Below are positions 48,333 to 60,699 of a stretch of DNA of 64,000 nucleotides, piece after piece (positions within the stretch are counted from its first letter, which is position 1; every line of letters begins with the position of its first letter). Made by a program: the position numbers and the translations under genes. Origin of the DNA: Mobula hypostoma (taxonomy: Eukaryota). The stretch lies in NCBI RefSeq assembly GCF_963921235.1, contig NC_086097.1, forward strand, positions 131,628,001-131,692,000, read 5' to 3'. The notes beneath the pieces were generated by a model. It ran no database searches and had not been told where the DNA came from. It saw only the letters and a program-made list of their open reading frames with translations.

Positions 48333-50760
48333 TACTGTATTGTACTTAATTCCCTCATCTAACTCATTAATATGAGCTGTCTTTCGAATGGACTGCTGAA
48401 CTGTTGTCCTATCTGTTTCTCACTGTTGGTTTGTATGCTGTCATGTTATTATAGAGACATAGAGTTATACAGCAGAGAAACAGGCCCTTCACCCCTATTC
48501 ATCGATGCCTACCTGTACTAGTCCCATTTGCCTGTGTTTGGCTCAGATCCCTCTAAGTATTTCTTATCCAAGTGCCTATCTTTTTACCATTGCAATTATT
48601 TATGAGAAGTGCAGGGAAGTTCACTGTATCGTGGTCAATATTTATCCTTTAACTAGCACCTGAAACAGATCTTATAGTCCTTCTTGTTGGTAGGAACTTG
48701 CTAGGAGCAAATTTACTGTATCTCCTATTTGCACTTCAAAAATATTTGACTTTTTGGAAATCATTTTGGATCATTCCATTTTCAGAGAAGCATTATAAAG
48801 TTTGATGGACCATTGCTAAGACTGAGAGTAAACCTCTTTAACACTTTATCCTTTATTCTGGAAGCATGCAGAATATGAAAGCAGTGCCCCCTGTTCCAAT
48901 CTCCAGAACTTTGCCTTTAAAGGATAAATCCTACTCTGATAGCATGCATGGATTGTATTCGATGCAGAACTGTAACTAGGGATATGCATTTATTGCTTTT
49001 CATATCATTGATGATTATTTCAGTACTTCACATAGCAGAATAAACCAATTGTTAGCATGCAATTAACCCACGGAGTAAGTACCTTTCCCATTCTTTGATA
49101 TCCAATTACTTACATTAAGGCTCCACTAGTAGAACCATGTTTGGATAGAATCACTGTTGGATTTGCCCTTGCATCATAATTAATTAGGAATTGTCTTCAA
49201 CTTCACTAAGACACAAACCAGCCTTTAAAATGTTGGAAAACCTTTAACTTCTGTGAAGAAAAAGATAGGCATTTCTATAACTCTTTCAAGGCACCCAAAA
49301 TATTCTCAGCCATTAATATCGGCTGTGTATAAGCCAATATTCTTTCTATATTGCAGTTGTAGGCAAAATAGCAAACATCTTGCACATAGCAGATAATGGC
49401 TAGATGATAATGGTTGAGAGTTAAGTGTAGGGAAAGGTATTCTGTAGAAAGGATTCCATTTCAGATTCTACAGCCTCCATCAGATTTCCAATACCAGTTC
49501 TCCTAATGAGGAGATTTCTCATATATAAGCATATATATTATATTTGCTCATATAAATGCAGGGTAACACACATGAAATGCTGGAGGAACTCAGCAGGCCA
49601 GGCAGCATCAATGGAGTGGAATAACCCAATGATGTTTTATGCTGAGGTTCTTCATTATCCTGCTTCAGGATTGGTAGCGGGAAGAAGCCAGAATAAGAAG
49701 GTAAGGAGAATGGAAGGAGTACATATGATAGTGAGACAGGATGAGGTGGAAAGTGGATGGGCGAGGGAGGGAAGAGGGTATTGTATGTGCGTACTACTAC
49801 ATATCAGTAAAAGCACACATGTGGGAGATGGCTTTAACTGTTGTAGTTACATTGCGGCAAGGGAGAAAAAGAGAACAATGCACATGTGTAGACAACGGAT
49901 CCATACGTAGTGCTGGGGGTGTGTGTCATTGCTGCAAAAGAAATAGATTGATATATGACACTTCCTCCCCCTTTTTATTAACGCAGCATAAATCTGAATA
50001 TGTACAAAACATTCAATTTCCCTTTCATAGACCTATGTTCCAAATAAACATGCTTTCACGATAACAGTCCATAACTAACTTCACAGTTCTATTAGGTGGT
50101 GCTCTGTTTCTTTCAGGATTGCACCTCTGGGCCTGTGGAGTGGCATCAAGTCTGGTAGGTGTCTTGTCTAAGACAACGTTCTCGCTTTCTGGTGTCACAT
50201 TGCTGTCAGTGACATCATCTGGCTTGTTGGACGCAGTTGACTCAGATGTGCTCTTTAGTTAAGCATCCAGTATCTGGTCCACATGACATCTCCATGTCTG
50301 ATCTCCAACATCTACTGTGTACATCAGTGGTCCAGTTCTTGTAGCTATCCTACCGGGTGTCCACTTGCCTTCTTGGTAATTACGCACCAGGACTTCCCGT
50401 CTAATCTCAAACTCCTTGTTGCTTCACTGGGCAACTGGCTGAACAGTTTATTCTGCACTTCTCTTTGTAGATCTGGTTTCAGGAGGTCTATGCAAGATCT
50501 CAGATTCCTGTTCATGAGCAGCAGTGCAGGTATTTGATTTGTTGTTGTATGAGCAGATTTCTGATACACAAAAATGAAGTTTTCCACCTTCTGTCATAGA
50601 GAAATGTCCTCCTTGTCCATCACTTAAATGGACTTTTTGAATGTTTAGATAAACCTTTCAGTTAACCCATTCATTGCTGGGTGAAGAGGAGTTGACTTGA
50701 AATGTCTAATGCCATTTTACTTCACGAACAGTCGGAATTCTTCTGACGCATATTGTGGTC

Positions 50761-51294
50761 TAGAAACATAGAAACATAGAAAATAGGTGCAGGAGTAGGC
50801 CATTCGGCCCTTCGAACCTGCACCGCCATTCAGTACGATCATGGCTGATCATCCAACTCAGAACCCTGTACCAGCCTTCTCTCCATACCCCCGATCCCTT
50901 TAGCCACAACAGCCATATCTAACTCCCTCTTAAATATAGCCAATGAACTGGCCTCAACTGTTTCCTGTAGCAGAGAATTCCACAGATTCACCACTGTCTG
51001 TGTGTGTGAAGAAGTTTTTCCTAATCTCGGTCCTAAAAGGCTTCCCCTTTATCCTCAAACGGTGTCCCCTCGTTCTGGACTTCCCCGACATCAGGAACAA
51101 TCTTCCTGCATCTAGCCTGTCCAATCGCTTTAGGATTTTATAAGTTTCAATAAGATCCCCCCTCAATCTTCTAAATTCCAATGAGTATAAGCCTAGCCGA
51201 TCCAGTCTTTCATCATATGAAAGTCTTGCCATCCCAGAAATCAATCTGGTGAACCTATGAAAGTCCTGCCATCCCCAGGAATCAATCTGGTGAA
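50761..51294 (-). mobile_element. CR1 3' fragment (same subfamily as 30346-32350) nested in the Gypsy integrase
   Basis: RFTRLISGMARLSYDERLDRLGLYSLEFRRLRGDLIETYKILK; (agaaacat)n tail. Confidence 0.92.
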
Positions 51295-51417
51295 TCAGTC
51301 TGTTGTCCATCACAATTTGTTCCTTAGCCATTTGTGACGAAGGTAGTCCTCAGAGTGGAGACAGTCTTTGCTCATGTGGTTGACTTCATTGGTATAACCT
51401 CCGGCCACTTTGAATTA

Positions 51418-52838
51418 CGGCAACGATTATACCAGAGCCTGAGAAGAATAATGTGAGCTGCCTTAATGACTATTGCCTGGTAGCACTCACATCTACAGTG
51501 ATGAAATGCTTTGAGAGGTTGGTTATGACTAGACTGAACTCCTGCCTCAGCAAGGATGTGGACCCAATGCAATTTGCTTATCACCACAATAGGTCAACAG
51601 CAGATGCAATCTCAGTGGCTCTCCACATGGCTTTAGACCACTTGAACAACACAAACACCTATGTCAGGATGCTGTTCATCGACTAAAGCTCAGCATTTAA
51701 TACCATCATTCCCACAATCCTGATTCAGAAGTTGCAGAACCTGGGCCTCTGTACCTTCCTTTGCCAATGGATCCTCGATTTCCTAACCAGAAGACCACAA
51801 TCTGTGCAGATTGGTGATAACATCTCCTCCTGGCTGACAATCAACACCGGTGCACTTCAGGGGTGTGTGCTTAGCCCACTGCTCTACTCTCTGTATACAC
51901 ATGACTGTGTGGCTAGCCATAGCTCATATACCATCTGTAAATTTGCTGATGATCTAACCATTGTTGATAGAATCTCAGGTGGTGATGAGAGGGCGTACAG
52001 GAGTGAGGTATGTCAACTATTGGAGTGGTGTCACAGCAACAACCTGGCACTCAATGTCAGTAAGACAAAAGAGCTGATTGTGGACTTCCAGAAGGGTAAG
52101 ACGAGGGAACACATGTCAATCCTTATGGAGTGATCAGAAGTGGAGAGAGTGAGCTGTTTCAAGTTCCTGGGTGTCAAGATCTCTGACGACCTAACCTGGT
52201 CCCAACATATCGATGCAGCTATAAAGAAGGCAAGACAGCGACTATACTTCAGTAAGAGTTTGAAGAGATTTGGTATGTCAACAAAAAACACTCAAAAACT
52301 TCTATAGATATACCGTGGAGAGCATTATGGCAAGCTACATCACTGTCTGGTATAGAGGTGGGGGGCTACTGCACAGGACTGAAAGAAGCTGCAGAGGGTT
52401 GTAAATCTAGTCAGCTTCATCTTGGGTACTAGCCTACAAAGTAGCCAGGACATCTTCAACGATTGATGACTCAGAAAGACAGCGTCCATTATTAAGGACC
52501 CCCAGCACCCAGAGTGTGGCCTTTTCTCACTGTTACCATCAGGTAGGAGGTACAGAAGACTGAAGGCACACACTCAGCAATTCAAGAACAACTTCTTCCC
52601 CCCATCCAATTCCTAAATAGACATTGAACCCGTGAACACTACCTCATTTTTAAAATATATATTATTTCTGTTTTTGCACGATCTTCAATCTATTCAATAT
52701 ATGTATACAGTACTGCAATTTATTTATTTATTTATTTATTCATTCATTCATTCTATATTATGTATGGCATTGAACTACTGCTGCTAAGTTAACAAATTTC
52801 ACATCATATGCCAATGATAATAAACCTGATTCTGATTC
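51418..52838 (+). mobile_element. Rex1/Babar LINE nested in the Gypsy integrase
   Basis: [39 protein letters not shown]; gataataaacctgattctgattc tail. Confidence 0.92.
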
Positions 52839-54143
52839 TGAATGAGTATTCACAGCAATCAGAAAGATGGAATCCAGGAATGGTGCAGCAAAATCAATAT
52901 GTACTCTTTGTCATGGTGATGATGGCCACTCCCACGGGTGTAATGGTGCCTGTTGGGGGTGCATTTTGAACTTTTTTTGGCATCCTGAACAGCTTTTGGC
53001 CAGGTTTTCAACCTGCCCAGCCACCACACATAGGTCTGGGCAAGACTCTTCATCCTGACTGTAACCATGTGTCATTCATGCAGATCTTCTAACACTCTGT
53101 GCTCAGTTTAGAGAGAACCACAACACGACATTTGCACATCTGTGTTCTTTGACATATGACAGTTGTTCTCATCTCACTGAGAAGCCTGAAAATATAGGGT
53201 TACCATGAGATAGCCCCCTTGCATGGTGATTTTATAGACTTTTGACAATGTCTGGTTATTCTTTGTTTCCCTTTGTATTTTGGAATTTGTTACCAACAAC
53301 TCCTCCACCAATGCGACATGGAGCACATCTGCTGGGTCACAGTATGAAGATTTTCCTTCTTCAATTGTCAATGTGGAAGACGTGACAAGCCATCAATGTT
53401 GCTGTGTTGTTTTTGGTACCCTTGTACTCTATGTCGTTAGATTGGACTCCAAGGAATAGTGCCCACTGTTGTAACCAGGTAGCAGTCATCACTGGAATTC
53501 CCTTCCTGGGACTGAAAATGGACACAAGGGGCTGGAGATCTGTCACTAGCGTAAACTTTTGACCATAGAGGTGGTGGTGGAACGTCTTCATTCCCCATTC
53601 TAAACTGAGGGCATCTTGGTTGACCTGTGTGTAGTTGTGTTCTGCACTTGTCAGTGATCTTGAAGCAAATGCAATCGAGAATTCAGATCCATCTTTCATA
53701 ATGTGTGACAAAGCGGCTTTGATGCCCTAAGGAAACGCACCGCATGCCAGTCTGATAGGCAGGGATGGGTCGTCATGCGTGGGCAATTCATCGGATGTTA
53801 CTACTTTCTTTGTTTCCTTGAAAGCTTTATCACATAATTCTGACCATTCCCACCTTGGTCCTGTCTGTAATGGTGCATTCAATGAATGCATCATTGTAGC
53901 AATGTTTGGGAGAAACCGGTGGTTTACAAGGCCCATGTATGACCTGAGTTGTGACACATTTTCTGGTTTGGGTGTATGTAGCACTACTTCAATCTTCTCT
54001 TGTGACTCAAGTAAGACATGCTTGTCAATGACATGCCCACTATATGAGACTTCATTGTTGAAAAACTCACATTTCTCTCTCTTTGCGCAAGACCATACTC
54101 ACTCAGCACAGTAAGCATTTTACCAAGGTTCTGTAGGTGCTCT

Positions 54144-57100
54144 GGTAAAATCCAGATCCTCAAATGCGGTCGAACAACAACAAAAATGAAAAGGTACACC
54201 CCTGCCTCACAGGGAGTGCAAGGACTAAAGCTCACAGGCTGGAACATCAGAACCATGCTCGATACAGCAGACAGTGGTCGCCCAGAACGATGCTCTGCTC
54301 TAGTTGCGCATGAACTTTCAAGACTGAATGTCCGCATCGCTGCCCTCAGGGAATTCTGCTTCCCAGAGGAAGGCAACCTTCAAGCACATGGCGGCGGCTA
54401 CACCCTCACTCGTCGGGTAAGCCAGAGACTAAGAGACACCTTTCTGGCATTGACTTTATGGTCAGGAATTCTATTACCTCCAAACTTGAAAAATTCCAAT
54501 GGGTCACTCCGACCGCATCATCTCCATGCGCCTCCCACTTCGAACCAAGCAGCATGTCACACTCTTCAGTGTGTATTCCCCACTCTTCAAGCGGATCCTG
54601 CAGAAAAGGACAAGTTTTACACTGATCTGCGCAATCTCATTTGGAATGCCCCTGCAGACGACAAGGTCTTCATCCTTGGCGACTTCAATGCCAGAGTAGG
54701 CCAAGATTCAGAAGCCTGGAAAGGAGTACTTGGCAAACATGTTGTTGGAAACTGCCACGACAATGGGCACCGTCTGTTAGAATTTTGTGCGGAGCAGCAA
54801 CTCATCATCACTAACACCATTTTCCAGCAGAAAGACAGTCTGAAAACAACCTGGATGCATCCTCAGTCCAAACATTGGCACCTCATAGACTACATCTTGG
54901 TGCGCCAAAGAGACCCTTGGGACGTCTTATTCACCCGAGTGATGCCCAGCGCAGAGTGTCATATGGATCATCGTCTTGTCCGCTGCAAACTCAGTCTCCA
55001 TTTCAAACCCAAGCCAAAGAGAGGAGACGCTCCAAGAAAGAAGCTTCAGGTTGGCAACCTCCAGTCAGCTGAAGTGAAAGCTGACTTTCAGACGAATCTT
55101 CAGTCGAGGCTTCAGGATCCCAATTTCCCCACAGACTCCTCTCCAGAAGTGCTTTGGGAACACCTAAACACCACCATCCTGCAAACCTCTGAAGAAGTCC
55201 TAGGGTTTTCCACAAAGAAGAACAAGGACTGGTTCGATGAAAACAACCAGGAGATCCAAGAATTGCTGCCGAAGAAAAGATCTGCCCACCAGGCGCACCT
55301 TGCTCAGCCGTCTTGTCCTGATATGAAAGCAGTCTTCCGCCTTGTATGCCGCAACCTCCAGCACAAATTTTGAGAGATTCAGAATGTGTGGTGGACCAAC
55401 CTCGCAAAGAGAACTCAGCTTTGCACAGACACCGGTGACTACAGAGGGTTTTATGAAGCCCTGAGAGTGGTGTACGGCCCTTCGCATCAGGACCAGAGTC
55501 CCCTGCACAGTGTAGACAATCAGGTGCTCTTCAGAGACAAGGTGTCCATCCTGAACCGGTGGTTGGAACATTTCCAGTCTCTCTTCAGCACCAACCGCAT
55601 GGTCCAAGACTCAGCAATTCATTGCATCCCACAACAGCCAGAGAAAACAGAACTGGACAAGATTCCAACCCTAGAACAGACAGTCAAGGCCATAGAGCAG
55701 CTTAAAAGTGGCAAAGCAGCGGGAGTTGATGGAATCCCACCTGAGATTTGGAAGCATGGGGGCCCAGTGTTACACACCAAACTCCATGTGTTCTTTGTCT
55801 GCTACTGGGAACAAAGTAAACTACCACAGGACCTCCGTGACGCAGTCATCATCGCCCTGTATAAGAACAAGGGGGAAAAGTCCGACTGCTCCAACTACTG
55901 GGGAATAACTTTGCTCTCCATTGCAGGAAGTATCCTCGCAAGAGTACTCCTGAACAGATTGGTGCCCATCATTGCAGAAGAACACCTTCCAGTGAGCCAG
56001 TGTGGCTTCAGAGCCAACAGGAGCACCACCAACATGGTATTTGTTCTCAGACAGCTCCAAGAGAAATGTAGGGAACAGAACAAGGGATTGTACGTAACGT
56101 AGCCAAGTCAAACACAACAATGACCTCTCAGAACCCTTCCCAATAGGCAATGGAGTAAAACAAGGCTGCGTCCTCGTGCCGACTCTCTTCACCATCTTCT
56201 TCAGCATGATGCTCGATAGGGCCACAGAAGACCTTGATGACAAGGACGGTGTTTACATCCGATACCGCACCGATGGCAACCTGTTGAATCTGAAGCGACT
56301 ACAGTCCCACAACAAGACATTGGAGCAACTCATCTGAGAGCTACTCTTCGCTGACGATGCTGCCCTTGTTGCCCACACGGAGACAGCCCTGCAGCGTATA
56401 ACACCCTGCTTCACAGAGGCTGCCGAGCTCTTCGGACTGGAAGTCAACTTGAATAAGATAGAAGTTCTCCATCAGCCCGCACCTCAGGAAGATTACCACC
56501 ATCCCCGCATCACCATCGGTGAGGTAGAGCTGAAGTCAGTCCACCAGTTCAGCTACCTGGGGTGTGCCATTTCGTCAGATGCCAAGATCGACAAAGAGAT
56601 TGACAACAAACTGGCAAAGGCAAACAGCGCATTCGGCAGGGTGTACAAAAGAGTCTGGAACAACAAGCATTTGAAGAAAGGCACAAAGATCAGCGTGTAC
56701 AGAGCCGTTGTACTGACCACCCTCCTGTACAGCTCTGATTTGTGGGTCACCTACTGTCACCACCTACGACTCCTTGAGCGTTTCCATTAGCGCTGCCTCT
56801 GCACCATCCTCAGCACCCACTGGAGTGACTTCGTCACCAACATCGAAGTCCTCAAACAGGCGGAGGTCACCAGCATCGAGGCCATGCTGTTGAAGACGCA
56901 GCTGCGCTGGGCAGGGCATGTCTCCGGGATGGAGGATCATCGCCTGCCCAAGATTGTGTTGGATGGCGAACTCTCCACTGGCCACCGTGACAGAGGGGCG
57001 CCAAAGAAGAGGTACAAGGACTCGCTGAAGAAATCCCTTGGTGCCTGTCACATTGACCATTGCCAGTGGTCTAATCTAGCCTGTGATCGCAAAGCCTGGG

Positions 57101-57353
57101 GACACACCATTCACCAGTCCGTCTCCTCCTTCGAGAACGCACGCAGGGCTGGCATTGAGGACAAAAGGAGAAGGAGGAAGATCTGTGACATGGCAGCACC
57201 AAACCCAGAACAGAATTTCCCTTGCAGCCGCTGTGGCCGGACCTAACTGTCCTGTATTGGCCTCATCAGCCACCAGCGAGCCTGCAGCAGACATGGGCAG
57301 CCCCCTTCCTAAATCTTCATTCGCAAAGCCAAGCCATGATGATGATGATGATG
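54144..57353 (+). mobile_element. Near full-length RTE LINE (AviRTE-like; APE plus RT plus C2H2), pseudogenised
   Basis: WNIRTMLDTADSGRPER; ILGDFNARVG; HLIDYILV..DHRLV; GVKQGCVL; LFADDA; CSRCGRT; (GAT)n tail; TSD aggtg(c/t)tct (54135-54143 / 57354-57362). Confidence 0.93.
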
Positions 57354-57765
57354 AGGTGTTCTATATCAATTTTGACAGTTTGATGATGTCATCAAGGTAA
57401 CATTGTGTTCCTGGTTATTTTAGAGCACTTGGTCCATTGCCCTTTGCCAAATTACTGAAGCTGATGCAACGCCAAAGATGAGACAATTGTTCAGGAACAG
57501 TCCCTTGTGAGTGTCGAGTGTGAGGAACTTCTTGACTCCTTGATCTCCATTTGCAGATGGGCTTGTGACAAGTCGATCTTTGAAAACCTCTCCCCTCCTG
57601 CCAAAGATGCACAAATGTCTTCTATTCGTGTCAGGGACTCTGCACAGTACACGGCACCAGGTTGATGATCACCTCATTATCTCTTGTTTACTATTCACCT
57701 TTATCTTTAACTTAGACTGCTATGAAATTGTAAAAACTTTCAAAAACAGCCAGTCAGATTATTTC

Positions 57766-57952
57766 AGCAGGCCAGGCAGCATCTATGGAAAAAAGTACAG
57801 TCGACGTTTCATGCTGAGATCCTTCGGCAGGACCCTGTTCCTGAAACATCAACTGTACTTTTTTCCATAGATGCTGTCTGGCCTGCTGAGTTCCTCCAGC
57901 ATTTTGTGTGTGTTGCTTGGACTTCCAGAATGTGCAGATTTTCTCTTGTTTG
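57766..57952. mobile_element. Short palindromic Penelope-terminus insertion
   Basis: 15-bp TSD cagtcagattatttc (57751-57765 / 57953-57967), inverted arms of about 47 bp, and a minus-strand hammerhead variant CUGCCGA..GAAACGUC. Confidence 0.85.
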
Positions 57953-59984
57953 CAGTCAGATTATTTCTCTATTTATTCCTGTTAATTCTTATATTCATGC
58001 TGTACATTACATGGGAAAATAAGATGCAAAATGAAGTTCCTCGAGATGTAGGTGTTCTTGAAATATTAGATTCCCCAAGTGGCATTTTAGAGAAATATCA
58101 TTTTCTATCTTGAAACAGCTACAATGTTTCCGGAAATCTTAATGTTTCAAGGCAATCTTGAAGAAATTATTGAAAATCTGGGTTGGAAATTAAAACAAAA
58201 CACTTCTTCCTCTCTCAGCTGAGTATAAAATATTATACAAGTTCTGTTTGTTGTCATGTGCACAAGTACAGTGAGGTACAAGTGCAATGAAAAATTTGCT
58301 TGCAGCAACACGACAGGTACATAGGTTCAGATAACAACTCTGAACATATATTATGCATAAATTATGCAAGTCATTGAAGAAAAAGACTGAGCAAAACAAG
58401 ATATTAGTGCAAAAACACAATTAGAAACAAGTCCATGGGGGTCTCTTTTGAGTCTTACAGAGAGTACCTAAATTGACACCTATGTTGGGAAATATCTTCT
58501 AAAGGTTCAGAAAGTTAGAGAAGGGTTAGATTTGGAGAATGAGACAGAACCTTTGTTCAGAAAATTGAGAAGTATTTCTGCTTATCCAACATTGGAGGTC
58601 GAATTGTCTGATAATTTAGAGGCAGTAGAAGAGTCAGGAGAGGTGGTGGTGGAATAAGATTGAGAACTCTCAGCTTTTACTTAGAACCAAACTGACATTA
58701 CCAAGGTGAGGTGTGAGATGAGCCATGAGAACATCAAGGATAGATCAACGGGAGTGAGGGAAGGTATGGGGTTAGCATATCATATGTAATAGAGCGAATA
58801 TTAGGAAGACAGGACATTGCTGCGAATTTTATATCAGCTTCACTTACTGGGGTTCAGTCCTGATCTCCAGTACTCTGGTCGTGGAGTTTACACGTTCTCC
58901 CTGTGGCCACATGTATTTTCACAGTGTTCAGGTTCTCACCAACATCCCAAAGCTTTTCAGGATGTATATTCTATACATTTCTCTAACATTAAATGTACCT
59001 ATTGAAACCTATTGGTAGATTAATTGCCAAATGCATATTGCACCCGGTGCATTCAGGGGTAGAATATTGGGGAGGAGGGAGAGAAGTTGATTGCGTATGT
59101 GGAGAATAAAATAGGGTTAATGCCAGATTAGTGTCAATGGGCAGTTAATTGTTGGCACAGATTCAATGGGCTGAAGGGCCACTCACAAAGCCGTATTACT
59201 CTGTTAACTCTAAAATGAAGGCTTTTTACCAGCTGGTGAATTCTACGTGCAATATTTGGGGCTAGAGATGATTGCAAAACTTGAGATATAACCTCTTGAA
59301 AACCTTACTTGCCAGATGAAGAACCGCTTTGCCTTGCAAGAGAAAAAAAATGTCAAACCATTTCTTAATGAAATATTGCATGTATGGAGTAATTAGTTTC
59401 AGTCCACAGCTGGGATTCAATCCTGTGCAGTCAATTAGGCAGGTGAGTGACAGACAAATTGGTAGACTTGGAATGCAACCTGTTACCTTAGCATTCAGTG
59501 AATTAAATCAACATGTGGGCTTGATCCAACAAAAATACTTCTCGTCAATTAACACTGCTGCCTGATAAGAAGATTCACTGCAGTGTAGCATCGCAAGACC
59601 CAAAATATAGCCTGAACAGCAAATAGACTACATGGGCCCTATGGTTATATAGCAAAGATCTTCCAAAACTGTTTTCAATCCCCCTCTCCCTGAAAAGCTT
59701 CTGTTTCTCTAAATACATGGCCCACCCTAATGGAACAAGAAACAGGTTAAATCATACAAGTTTTAAAATATCTTTACCAGTGATCCATTAATGTTAGACA
59801 CTATCTGATGAGAAAGGCTTTGCAATAGTATTATCAATAATCCTTTCCAGAGTAATTACTTGGAGATATTTAAAACAAACAATATTACATGAGCTATAGA
59901 TATATTTGACGGCATAGTCTGCACAAATTATTTAATAGATATCCTGGAAGAAGATTACAATGGTGTATTTGGGGTACACAGAAT

Positions 59985-60610
59985 ATCAGAATTAGAATTA
60001 TTTTTATTATCACTGACTTACATGACATGAAATTTGTTGTTTTGCAGCAGCAGCACAGTGCAAAGTCATAAAAATTATCATAAATTACAAAAATAAAAAA
60101 AATCGAGCAAAAAAAAGGAATAATGAGGTAGGTTCATGGGTTCCTGGATCTGATAGCAGAGGGGAAGAAGCTGTTACTGAATCATTGTGTGTGGGTCTTC
60201 AGGCTCTTGTACATAATCCTCAATGGTAGTAATAAGAAGAGAGCATGTCCTGGATGGTAAGGATCTTTAGTAATGGATGTCATATTCCTGAGGCGCTTCC
60301 CACTGAAGATGTCCTTGATGGTGAAGAGGGTTGTGCCTGTGATGGAGTAAGCTGAGCCTACAACCCTCTGGATCCATTGCAGTTCTGTGCATTAGATTCT
60401 CCATATCATGTTGTTAATCAATGAGTCAGAATACTCTCTACCGTGCACCTACAGAACTCTATATGCCTTTAGTGACATACTGAATCTCCTCAAGCTCCTG
60501 ATGAAGTAAAGCTGCTGGTGTGACTTCTTCCTGATTCCTTCAATGGGCTCAGGATAGATCATCTGAGATATTGACACATAGGAATTTAAGATTGTTCACA
60601 CTTTCCATTC
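59985..60610 (-). mobile_element. Rex1/Babar 3' fragment
   Basis: agaattagaatt tail with tttattatcactga; NLKFLCVNISDDLS motif. Confidence 0.75.
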
Positions 60611-60699
60611 TTTTGCTTTTTACACCAGAGAATTTGAAGATTTGCAAGGTGGGAGCCATTTGAAAAGAACATGTCTTTTTGGGAGTGCATTTTATTTGA

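Larger units (their letters stand above)
49781..57640 (-). mobile_element. Degenerate Ty3/Gypsy LTR retrotransposon (RT, RNase H, integrase, PPT, 3' LTR) with three nested LINEs
   Basis: Minus strand: THKGLF..FGVASASVIWQRAMDQVL, CYLDDII, IAFASRSLTSAEHNYTQ, RMKSLAQTYVWW, NSKWPEV. A polypurine tract aaaaagggggaggaag abuts TG at 49960. The left LTR boundary is approximate. Confidence 0.85.

Noticed and set aside
54144..54190. Ribozyme at the 5' end of the long RTE
   Set aside because: The element is truncated just upstream of the ORF, so no 5' UTR is left to fold.
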